The notes beneath the pieces were generated by a model. The model worked only from the letters and a program-made list of their open reading frames with translations. It had not been told where the DNA came from and did no database searches. From Candidatus Zambryskibacteria bacterium RIFCSPHIGHO2_01_FULL_46_25 (GTDB lineage: Bacteria; Patescibacteriota; Minisyncoccia; Phycocordibacterales; Zambryskibacteraceae), in contig MHVH01000004.1 of the NCBI GenBank assembly GCA_001825155.1, positions 1 to 52,426 on the forward strand: a DNA stretch of 52,426 bases, given 5' to 3'. A program made the position numbers and the translations under genes. Below, piece by piece: positions 35,855 through 43,826 of this stretch (its first letter is position 1; the number at the start of each line of letters is the position of its first letter).

Positions 35855-37475
35855 AAGTAATCAGTTTCTTGAGGTTGCGCTTGAACAGATTCCCAGATTG
35901 CTCGGCCAGCTCAATCGCAATCCATCTTCGCTTTCATATGGCTCATTTGACCGCGCCTACTGGCATTATCGCACAAACGATATTAGCTGTGCGCGATATC
36001 AGGAAGCCGTCTTAACTCTTGCTTATCTTTATTCCAATTTATTTGAAGGGAACATATATTATAAGGATGGCAATATTTTAAATTATATACGAGCGGCACT
36101 TTCCTTCTCCATCTCTATTCAAAATAAAGATGGCTCCTTTAATGAATGGTATCTCAATGAGGGATCGTTCGTGGCCACATCTTTTATAACGGCAGCTTTG
36201 GCGCGCACTCTTCTTATTTTAGATAAATCTGACATTTCTAATTATGCCGATTGCATATTGATGCTCAAACGTTCAGCTGATTGGTTGAGGAAAAGGGACG
36301 AGACGCTCGTTTATAATCAATTTGCTGGGGCTGCCACGGCTTCGGTTCTCGTGTATAAACTCACTGGCGACGAGTCATATAAAACTTCTGCAAAAGAGAA
36401 AATTGACACTATTATTAATAAACAAAACGATGAGGGATGGTGGAATGAATATGGTGGCCCTGATATCGGCTATTTATCCTTGATGATAGATTATCTTATG
36501 AAATACTATGAAATCATTAATGATGAAAGAGTAGTAGAAGCTGTCAAAAAGGCTGAGGCATTTATTGTAAATTTTCTACATCCAAATTTTACTGCAGGCG
36601 GTGAATATATGTCTCGTAATACGGAGTATCTCATTCCTTCCGGTTTCGTTTTCTCTTCGCGTTATGACCCAAACGGTTTAATATTGTCTAATTTTACAGT
36701 AGCATCACTCGAACTTAAGGCCGGAGTTCAACCAGAGAATCTCGATGATCGATATCTGTGCTACATACTCTATAATTGGATTGAAGCCGGACTGAATTTC
36801 AATGAGAATAAGCCTTTTGAGAGTACCGCCAAATATTTATGGTTTCGCCGCATGAGAAAATTCTTTAAGGAGTCCGGTTTATTTGTTTTTCAAAATGACA
36901 AATATTATTTTGTAGCTAACCTAAAAAAGGGTGGGGTATTTAGGATTTACACATCAGTAGGTTATACCTATCTTGACTCAGGTATTGAGGTGGCGTCCGC
37001 TGGAAAATCGTATATTTCCAATATATTGAATCCAAACAGCATTTTTTTTGCAAACGAGAACTCATTATCGACAAGGGGTACTGTTCATATGATCAAAGAA
37101 CCTCTTATGAAAACATCCACAATGATTTTTTTTAAAATCTTCCAACTCTTGTTTGGTAACATAGGATGGATACAACGGTTAATTAAAAAAATCTTAAGAA
37201 AAAAAATGATTGTTTATCAATCTAAACAAAATTTACGTTTTGCGCGGTTATTCGAACTTAAACCGGATTCCATAATAGTGAAAGACCTCGTGTATGGTAT
37301 TGTTCCGGAAGCCAATGTTAAAGTAGGTACAAAGTCCTCATACACATTTATTCCAAGTTCTAAGTATTTCACTGCGCAAGAATTAGCACATGGTAGGCTT
37401 GAACCAAAGGAAGAACGGAATTACGATAATAAATTAGCATTACTAACGTTAAATCGTTTCTGGGATAATATGTAA
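35832..37475 (+). CDS. Hypothetical 547-aa protein, possibly an alpha/alpha-toroid fold.
   Basis: Repeated DGSFNEWY and DEGWWNEYGG type motifs. The start is GTG, overlapping the upstream gene. No confident family could be assigned. Confidence 0.5.
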   Translation: MKKPNDHKSNQFLEVALEQIPRLLGQLNRNPSSLSYGSFDRAYWHYRTNDISCARYQEAVLTLAYLYSNLFEGNIYYKDGNILNYIRAALSFSISIQNKDGSFNEWYLNEGSFVATSFITAALARTLLILDKSDISNYADCILMLKRSADWLRKRDETLVYNQFAGAATASVLVYKLTGDESYKTSAKEKIDTIINKQNDEGWWNEYGGPDIGYLSLMIDYLMKYYEIINDERVVEAVKKAEAFIVNFLHPNFTAGGEYMSRNTEYLIPSGFVFSSRYDPNGLILSNFTVASLELKAGVQPENLDDRYLCYILYNWIEAGLNFNENKPFESTAKYLWFRRMRKFFKESGLFVFQNDKYYFVANLKKGGVFRIYTSVGYTYLDSGIEVASAGKSYISNILNPNSIFFANENSLSTRGTVHMIKEPLMKTSTMIFFKIFQLLFGNIGWIQRLIKKILRKKMIVYQSKQNLRFARLFELKPDSIIVKDLVYGIVPEANVKVGTKSSYTFIPSSKYFTAQELAHGRLEPKEERNYDNKLALLTLNRFWDNM

Positions 37476-37505
37476 CCTGCATGAATAAACAAACCCTATC
37501 GATAT

Positions 37506-38150
37506 ATGGACCAGAGAGTAAAAAAGAGGTTTAATAACGTGGCGTCTTCCAAGACGTTCCGCAATATCTGCCGCAAGTTCTCGCTAGTGGGAAAGTCAGT
37601 GCTTGATATTGGCTGCTCCAATGGAGAGTTCTTAGTCCATTTCGGTCAAGACAGCATAGGGCTGACAGTTCTAGAGGAAGAAGTAAGCGCGGGGCAGGAA
37701 GCTGGCCTTGATGTAAGGCTGGCAAATGTCGAGGATGATAATTTTTCTCTGGATTGCAAATTCGATGTAATCTTTGCCAATAACATCTTCGAGCATCTTC
37801 AGTCACCGCACAACTTTCTCATCAGAATAAAAGAGTTTCTAAAGCCTGGAGGCCTTCTGATTCTTGGCGTACCCTGCATCCCTTACCTGACTCCATTGGT
37901 TCGTTTAAAAAAATTCAGAGGATCTCTGGCTTCGCTCCATATAAACTTTTTTACCCGCTCAAGTCTAATTAAGACTGTTCAGTATGCCGGCTGGGATGTT
38001 CACGAAGCTAGGGGATTCCGCTTTAGAAATGCCGTGCTTGATTATCTGCTGAATCCAATATATCCTCACTTTTACGTTATAGCTTGCGCTAATCCCGACT
38101 TCCGCTACTCAGCCAAGCGTGTAAAGGAGTTGGAAGGGTATAATAGATAA
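37506..38150 (+). CDS. Class I SAM-dependent methyltransferase.
   Basis: VLDIGCSNGEF motif I and LKPGGLLILGVP. Confidence 0.75.
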   Translation: MDQRVKKRFNNVASSKTFRNICRKFSLVGKSVLDIGCSNGEFLVHFGQDSIGLTVLEEEVSAGQEAGLDVRLANVEDDNFSLDCKFDVIFANNIFEHLQSPHNFLIRIKEFLKPGGLLILGVPCIPYLTPLVRLKKFRGSLASLHINFFTRSSLIKTVQYAGWDVHEARGFRFRNAVLDYLLNPIYPHFYVIACANPDFRYSAKRVKELEGYNR

Positions 38151-38159
38151 ATCAAATTT

Positions 38160-40211
38160 ATGATTAAAGATATTTTTAAAAAAACAATATTTGTAGGGCT
38201 GTTTCTGGTGCCCTTCATACCGTTTCTCGTCTTCTCGTCGTTTTTCTTCCCCTATATCACGACCAAGGCGTTTACTTGGAGAATCATTGTTGAGGTGGTA
38301 TTCGCCGCATGGCTTATCCTGGCAGTCTGGGAGCCGGAGTACAGGCCCAAAAAATCCATTCTTCTATACTCAGTGTTTACCTTTCTTGCAGTTATCGGGT
38401 TGGCGGACCTTTTCGGCGTTGATCGCTCCGCGAGCTTCTGGAGCAATTTCGAGCGTATGGAGGGATACATTTCGCTTCTTCATCTTGGCGCGTTCTTCCT
38501 CGTAATCAGTTCGGTCTTCAAAGAGGAACACTGGAAGAGCTGGTGGAATACTTCTCTTGTTGCCTCAGCCATTATGGGTGGCTACGCCTTTATGCAAATT
38601 ATCGGCGCGATGTCGCCTTCGCAGGGAGGGGTGCGCGTCGACGGTACCTTCGGCAACGCCATATATCTCGCGGTCTATATGCTCATACACATTTTCATCG
38701 CGCTCTTCTACATGCTCCGCGGCTGGAAGAATAGAAATCTCAGGTGGACATACGGTATTCTTGTCCTTTTTCAAATATTTATCATCTACTACACCGCGAC
38801 CAGAGGCGCAATTCTCGGCCTTTTGGGTGGACTCTTCATCGTGGCGCTTATAAATGTGATGAATAAGGAAGACACGGCGGTAAGGAAAGCAAGCATGGCC
38901 CTCATCGCGGCAATTGTTGTATTGATTGGAGGTTTTTTCCTCGCCAAGAACACGACCTTCGTATCCCAAAGTCCCGTTCTCTCTCGCTTCTCGACACTTA
39001 CCTTGGCGGAGATAAAGAATCAAGGCCGTTATTATGTTTGGCCGATTGCGCTTGAAGGTTTCAAGGAGAAGCCGATATTGGGCTGGGGGCAGGAGAACTT
39101 CGGTTACGTGTTCCAGAAGCACTACAAGCCGGAAATGTATCGCCTCGAGCCCTGGTTCGACCGCGCGCACAACATCTTTCTCGACTGGGCCGTTGTCGGC
39201 GGTATTCTTGGCCTTCTCTCGTATCTTGGGCTCTACGCGGCATTCTTATACATAGTGTGGCGCAGGGAAGATAATTTTACTTTTTCCGAGAAGTCGGTAC
39301 TTACCGGGCTTTTGGCCGCTTACTTCTTCCACAATTTTTTCGTCTTCGACCATCTTACAAGTTATGTGCTCTTCTTCTCCCTTCTTGCGTATCTTCAGTC
39401 TAGAGTCCCGGGACAGGTTGTATCGGCAAAAATTATTTCGGATTCGAAAATAAAAAAGATTGCTCTTCCGGCCGTGGCGCTTGTTCTGGCGTTCTCCTTG
39501 AGTTACATAAATTTCAAACCTCTGCTTGCCAATGTTTATCTGATAGAAGCGTTGAAGTCTATCCAGCTTAGCGATTCAGCGAAAGCGTCCGGATATTTCG
39601 AGAAAGCATACAAGACATCAAAGCTCGGGCGGCTTGAAGTCATGGAGCATATGGCAAACAACATCTCATCCATATTCTCAGGCAATCTTTCGAGTGAAGA
39701 AAAGGGCGCCTTCTACGCGTTCTCGAGCAATGCCGCGAAGGCGCAAGCCGAATTTTATACGAACTCAGCCCGTACCCAGCTTATGGCCGGCTCATTCTTC
39801 TCCGACATTGGTCTGCCTAACGAGGCGAGGCCGTACTTTGAGCGGGCAAGGGAGCTCTCTCCGGGCAAGCAACAGGCCTACTTCGAGCTCGGGGCCATAA
39901 GGATTAATTTGGGAGACCCGGTTGGGGCACAAGAGTTTTTCAAAGAGGCATATGAGCTGTCGCCGGATTACGTTGAAGCAAGGATAATTTACTTTATTGG
40001 GGCTATATATACTGGCGACAGGGGGCTTGAGAGGGAGCTTGCCGCTCAGATTCCTGAGAAACAGAGAATTTTTGATGACAGAGTCGTCTCGGCGCTATTT
40101 ACCAACAAAAGATTTTCCGAATTGATTGCGTTGTTCGAACGTAGGAAAGAGCTCGACCCGCAAAACTCCGCGACATATGACGATTACATCCGCCAAATCA
40201 GAAGTCAGTAA
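38160..40211 (+). CDS. O-antigen ligase / Wzy_C-family membrane protein with a C-terminal TPR domain.
   Basis: The protein is polytopic. The FDRAHNIFLDWAVVGGILG loop is typical of the Wzy_C family. The C-terminus has TPR-like repeats (YFERARELSPGKQQAYFELG, FFKEAYELSPDY). Confidence 0.8.
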   Translation: MIKDIFKKTIFVGLFLVPFIPFLVFSSFFFPYITTKAFTWRIIVEVVFAAWLILAVWEPEYRPKKSILLYSVFTFLAVIGLADLFGVDRSASFWSNFERMEGYISLLHLGAFFLVISSVFKEEHWKSWWNTSLVASAIMGGYAFMQIIGAMSPSQGGVRVDGTFGNAIYLAVYMLIHIFIALFYMLRGWKNRNLRWTYGILVLFQIFIIYYTATRGAILGLLGGLFIVALINVMNKEDTAVRKASMALIAAIVVLIGGFFLAKNTTFVSQSPVLSRFSTLTLAEIKNQGRYYVWPIALEGFKEKPILGWGQENFGYVFQKHYKPEMYRLEPWFDRAHNIFLDWAVVGGILGLLSYLGLYAAFLYIVWRREDNFTFSEKSVLTGLLAAYFFHNFFVFDHLTSYVLFFSLLAYLQSRVPGQVVSAKIISDSKIKKIALPAVALVLAFSLSYINFKPLLANVYLIEALKSIQLSDSAKASGYFEKAYKTSKLGRLEVMEHMANNISSIFSGNLSSEEKGAFYAFSSNAAKAQAEFYTNSARTQLMAGSFFSDIGLPNEARPYFERARELSPGKQQAYFELGAIRINLGDPVGAQEFFKEAYELSPDYVEARIIYFIGAIYTGDRGLERELAAQIPEKQRIFDDRVVSALFTNKRFSELIALFERRKELDPQNSATYDDYIRQIRSQ

Positions 40212-40243
40212 TTGAAAATTGAAAATTCTAAATTGAAAATTTT
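40211..40243 (+). repeat. Heptad mini-element, ATTGAAA type, identical copy. It is intergenic and abuts the TAA stop of the 38160 gene.
   Basis: Identical to 10689-10721 and 12662-12694. Confidence 0.85.
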
Positions 40244-40410
40244 GCTCCAGTAAGTTATCCACACATTTTTCGTCTTATCTATTGTATACGCGCGCGGTAA
40301 GTACGATAATTAATACAAGCGCAGAAGTTTTTCCATCACGTAGGACGTGACAAGAAAATTTTTGCGACAGATGTTACTAATAATTTTCCGAGGTACCTCG
40401 GAATCACACA

Positions 40411-40482
40411 ATGGCAAAGAAAAAGAAGGCTGCAAAGAAGACTACAAAGAAGCGAAAGGCTTCCAAGAAGAGACGAGCATAG
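40411..40482 (+). CDS. Candidate 23-aa highly basic micro-protein (MAKKKKAAKKTTKKRKASKKRRA).
   Basis: The ORF is below the track threshold. A hairpin followed by a T-run lies at 40506-40529, and the palindrome ccgaggtacctcgg lies just upstream. The SD is weak. Confidence 0.3.
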   Translation: MAKKKKAAKKTTKKRKASKKRRA

Positions 40483-40505
40483 TCTTATTTTGTGCTTATG
40501 AAAAA

Positions 40506-40529
40506 ACGGCCCCCGCAAGGGCGTTTTTT
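40506..40529 (+). terminator. Intrinsic terminator.
   Basis: acg(g)ccc ccgcaa gggcgt followed by tttttt. Confidence 0.6.
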
Positions 40530-40560
40530 CTTGCCTAAAATATGCTAAAATAGCGCTCTA

Positions 40561-43071
40561 ATGGCCATATTATCAGGCTTATTCGGCTCTCCGGAAGAAA
40601 AGAAGCTTCGCCAGTGGCGCCCGCTTGTTGAGCGCGTCAATTCGTTTGAGCCAGAGATGGAGAAGCTCTCAAACGAAGAATTAAAAGGGAAGACACTCGA
40701 ATTCAAAAACCGCCTTTCAAAAAGCGAATCGCTTGATGCGCTTCTGCCGGAAGCTTTTGCTGCCGTACGTGAAGCGGCCAAGCGCACATCAAGACTCAAG
40801 CAGAGGCATTTCGACGTGCAGATTCTCGGCGGTATCGCGATGTACAACGGCGGCATCGCTGAAATGAAGACTGGCGAGGGCAAGACACTCGTCGCGACTC
40901 TGCCGGCATATCTCGTGGCGCTCGAAGGCAAGGGTGTGCATGTGATTACCGTCAACGACTATCTCTCCCGCCGCGATGCCGTGTGGATGGGTGAGATTTA
41001 CGCGGCGCTTGGCCTCTCGGTTGGCGTGCTCAACGACCAGGCTTCGTATCTTTATGACGAATCGCACCAGACCCAGGAAGCCGACAAAGAAAGGGACGAA
41101 ACAGGCTCTTTCCGCGTCGTTTACGACTTTCTTCGCCCCGCGACAAAACAGGACGCCTACCGAGCGGACATTACTTATGGCACGAACAATCAATTTGGCT
41201 TTGATTATCTGAGGGATAACCTTGTTTATGATAGAGAGAATCTCGCTCAGCGCGATTATCACTACGCGATTGTCGACGAGATTGACTCGATTCTTATCGA
41301 CGAGGCCAGAACGCCGCTTATCATCTCCGGCAATACCGGCGCCGCCGGCGAACTTTATACAAGATTCGCGAAGATTGCCGGCTCCCTCGATGAAAACAAG
41401 GATTATGCTGTGGATGAGAAACTCAAGGCAATTTCACTTACGGACGATGGCATAAGCAAGGCGGAGAAAATGCTTGGCGTCGAAAATATTTATACCCAAG
41501 GAGGCATCAAGTATGTCCACCATCTCGAAACGGCGGTTAAGGCGAAAGCTCTTTACCACAAAGATAAGGAATATGTGGTAAAAGACGATGAAGTAGTAAT
41601 CGTTGATGCTTTTACCGGTCGTCTACAGCCCGGCAGGCGCTGGTCCGAAGGCCTTCATCAAGCCATAGAGGCCAAGGAAGGAGTAAGGATAAAGGAGGAG
41701 AGCCGCACTTACGCGTCAATCACATTCCAGAACTATTTCAGGATGTACAAGCGCCTATCCGGCATGACCGGTACGGCGCTTACTTCCAAAGAAGAATTTT
41801 ACAAAGTTTACGGGCTTGAAACTTATGTTGTGCCAACTCACAAGCCGGTTGCCAGGACCGACCATGGCGATCTTATTTTCCAAACACAGGCAGGCAAGAT
41901 GAAGGCGGTGGCGAAGAAGGCAAAGGAGTTGAGCCAAAAGGGTCAGCCATTGCTTATAGGCACGGTCTCAATCGAGCACAACGAGCTACTCTCCGAGTAT
42001 CTCAAGAGCGAGGGCATCAAGCATATCGTCTTAAACGCCAAGAACCACGAGCAGGATGCCCAGATTTACGCTCAAGCGGGCAAAAAGGGCTCCGTAACCG
42101 TGGCAACCAACATGGCTGGTCGAGGTGTTGACATCAAGCTCGGCGGCAATCCTTCCACGCCGGAACAATACGAAGAGGTCAAATCTCTTGGCGGACTTTT
42201 TGTCCTTGGTACCGAGCGTCACGACGCGCGCCGCATCGACAACCAGTTGCGCGGTCGTGCCGGACGCCAGGGTGATCCGGGAGCAACACAATTCTTTGTC
42301 TCGCTCGAAGATTCACTTATGCGAATCTTCGCCGTAGACGCCATCAAGAAGATGATGGGCCGTTTCAATATTCCCGAAGACGAGCCGATAGAGAACAAGC
42401 TCATTACCAACTCTCTCGAGAAGGCGCAGGAGAAGATTGAGGGCTTCAACTTCGACGCGAGGAAGCATGTGCTCGAGTTCGATGACGTACTCAACTTCCA
42501 ACGAAGCATCATCTACAAGAAGAGAAGAAAGGTGCTTGTTGGCAGCGAAGGTGATGTCAAAGATTATCTGGTGGAAGTCGGCAATAGTCTAGAATCTGAG
42601 CTTAAAGAAAAATTTGATTCCAAGCTCGCAAGCGAGAAGGCCTTCGAGCCCGTCGCGCTCGAAGCGTGGCGCAGGATTATTATCCAGACAATGGACCTCT
42701 TTTGGGTTGAACATCTGGAGATGATGGAATATCTGCGCGGCAGCGTGAATCTGCGAGCTTACGGCCAGCGCGATCCGCTTGTGGAATACAAGAAGGATGG
42801 TCTCCGATTCTTCCGAGAGATGGAGGCATCCATCGGTCGCCAAATTGCCGAGTTTGTTGTCACGCTTGACCTCGATGTGCTTACCGGTATCAAAGCTTCG
42901 CCCATAGAAGCCGAAGCCAAGGTTGTGGGGCATAGCGAGAGCAAGCCGATTTCCGCCAAGCCCGAAGCAGGGAGGAACGACCCATGTCCTTGCGGTAGCG
43001 GCAAGAAGTATAAGAAGTGTGGACTCCTCAACACTCCGGAACACCAACAAAGAATAGCTTCTATAAAATAA
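40561..43071 (+). CDS. secA: Preprotein translocase ATPase SecA.
   Basis: The sequence is SecA-like across its full length, including the GEGKT Walker A, TGMTGTA, and the C-terminal zinc motif CPCGSGKKYKKCG. Confidence 0.95.
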   Translation: MAILSGLFGSPEEKKLRQWRPLVERVNSFEPEMEKLSNEELKGKTLEFKNRLSKSESLDALLPEAFAAVREAAKRTSRLKQRHFDVQILGGIAMYNGGIAEMKTGEGKTLVATLPAYLVALEGKGVHVITVNDYLSRRDAVWMGEIYAALGLSVGVLNDQASYLYDESHQTQEADKERDETGSFRVVYDFLRPATKQDAYRADITYGTNNQFGFDYLRDNLVYDRENLAQRDYHYAIVDEIDSILIDEARTPLIISGNTGAAGELYTRFAKIAGSLDENKDYAVDEKLKAISLTDDGISKAEKMLGVENIYTQGGIKYVHHLETAVKAKALYHKDKEYVVKDDEVVIVDAFTGRLQPGRRWSEGLHQAIEAKEGVRIKEESRTYASITFQNYFRMYKRLSGMTGTALTSKEEFYKVYGLETYVVPTHKPVARTDHGDLIFQTQAGKMKAVAKKAKELSQKGQPLLIGTVSIEHNELLSEYLKSEGIKHIVLNAKNHEQDAQIYAQAGKKGSVTVATNMAGRGVDIKLGGNPSTPEQYEEVKSLGGLFVLGTERHDARRIDNQLRGRAGRQGDPGATQFFVSLEDSLMRIFAVDAIKKMMGRFNIPEDEPIENKLITNSLEKAQEKIEGFNFDARKHVLEFDDVLNFQRSIIYKKRRKVLVGSEGDVKDYLVEVGNSLESELKEKFDSKLASEKAFEPVALEAWRRIIIQTMDLFWVEHLEMMEYLRGSVNLRAYGQRDPLVEYKKDGLRFFREMEASIGRQIAEFVVTLDLDVLTGIKASPIEAEAKVVGHSESKPISAKPEAGRNDPCPCGSGKKYKKCGLLNTPEHQQRIASIK

Positions 43072-43072
43072 C

Positions 43073-43097
43073 CACTTGGAAACTCAGTTTCCAAGTG
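43073..43097. repeat. REP-like 25-nt palindrome, copy 1. It lies between the secA stop and the RAYT start.
   Basis: cacttggaaact c agtttccaagtg. Confidence 0.85.
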
Positions 43098-43110
43098 CTA
43101 TTATTTAAAC

Positions 43111-43776
43111 ATGAGAAAGGTTACATTTCTAGATGGAGAGTACTACCATATTTATAATCGGGGAGTTGATAAGCGTGTAATTTTTAATGATGATAAAGAC
43201 TTTGAGAGATTTCTGGTAAGTATGAATGATTTCAATTCGGTGGAGCCAATTGGGAGTATTTATGAGCACTCATTTCATAAAAAGTCTCGACTTGGAAACT
43301 CAGTTTCCAAGTCAGAGCCTAAATCAACAAAAAAGAAGATTAAGCCGCTGGTTGATTTTGTGGCTTATTGTCTTAATAAGAATCATTTCCATTTTATTGT
43401 TAAACAAGTATCAGATAGAGGTGTAGAGAAGCTAATGCATAGATTGGGACTTGGATTCACAAAGTATTTTAACTTAAGACATGAAAGAACCGGCTCATTG
43501 TTTCAAGGGCCATTTCAAGCTGTACATATTGATTCCAACGAGTATCTACTCTATGTTGGCGCATATGTGAATTTGAATAATTTAATTCACGGATATATAA
43601 ATTCTACAGAATTTAGATCAAGCTGGGGCGAATACACAGGCAGGGGATACGGAGGTTTTTGCAAGGTCGATATAATCTTGGGGCAATACAAAAATAGTGG
43701 CGAATACAAAAAGATTGCCGAACAGACTACGAGGGAGATTAAAAGAAAGCGTGATTTAGATCACTTGGAAACTTAG
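43111..43776 (+). CDS. IS200/IS605-type Y1 (HUH) transposase of the REP-associated (RAYT, COG1943-like) kind.
   Basis: HUH motif NHFHFIV. The segment GSLFQGPFQAVHIDSNEYLLYVGAYVNLN includes the catalytic-Tyr region. The gene is bracketed by the palindromes at 43073 and 43762. Confidence 0.8.
   Translation: MRKVTFLDGEYYHIYNRGVDKRVIFNDDKDFERFLVSMNDFNSVEPIGSIYEHSFHKKSRLGNSVSKSEPKSTKKKIKPLVDFVAYCLNKNHFHFIVKQVSDRGVEKLMHRLGLGFTKYFNLRHERTGSLFQGPFQAVHIDSNEYLLYVGAYVNLNNLIHGYINSTEFRSSWGEYTGRGYGGFCKVDIILGQYKNSGEYKKIAEQTTREIKRKRDLDHLET
43290..43312. repeat. REP-like palindrome, copy 2. It lies inside the RAYT ORF and is translated as LGNSVSK.
   Basis: acttggaaact c agtttccaagt. Confidence 0.8.
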
Positions 43777-43786
43777 TTTCCAAGTG
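43762..43786. repeat. REP-like palindrome, copy 3. Its central T creates the TAG stop of the RAYT gene.
   Basis: cacttggaaact t agtttccaagtg. The stop codon is at 43774-43776. Confidence 0.85.
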
Positions 43787-43826
43787 GGGGATTTTTCAAG
43801 TGTTTTTCTGGTATTATTTAAATTCC

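Noticed and set aside
38565-39243. Antisense ORFs inside the O-antigen-ligase-like gene (201 aa at 38565-39170 and 60 aa at 39061-39243, both minus strand) and alternative-frame plus-strand ORFs (38543-38853 and 39034-39255).
   Set aside because: The plus-strand frame starting at 38160 encodes a coherent polytopic Wzy_C-type protein across the whole region. The others are Arg/Pro-rich shadow frames.
40255-40263. A perfect DnaA-box consensus TTATCCACA in the AT-rich gap before secA, raising the possibility of a replication origin.
   Set aside because: There is only one consensus box. The nearest other match in the window, tgtggatac at about 16433, has a mismatch and lies inside a gene. There is no cluster, no dnaA or dnaN nearby, and no obvious unwinding element beyond the heptad repeat.
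40545-43094. Multiple minus-strand and off-frame ORFs overlapping secA.
   Set aside because: SecA is recognisable along its full length in the 40561 frame, so these are shadow ORFs. The one at 42759-43094 starts inside the REP palindrome (METEFPSG), which explains its apparent start codon.
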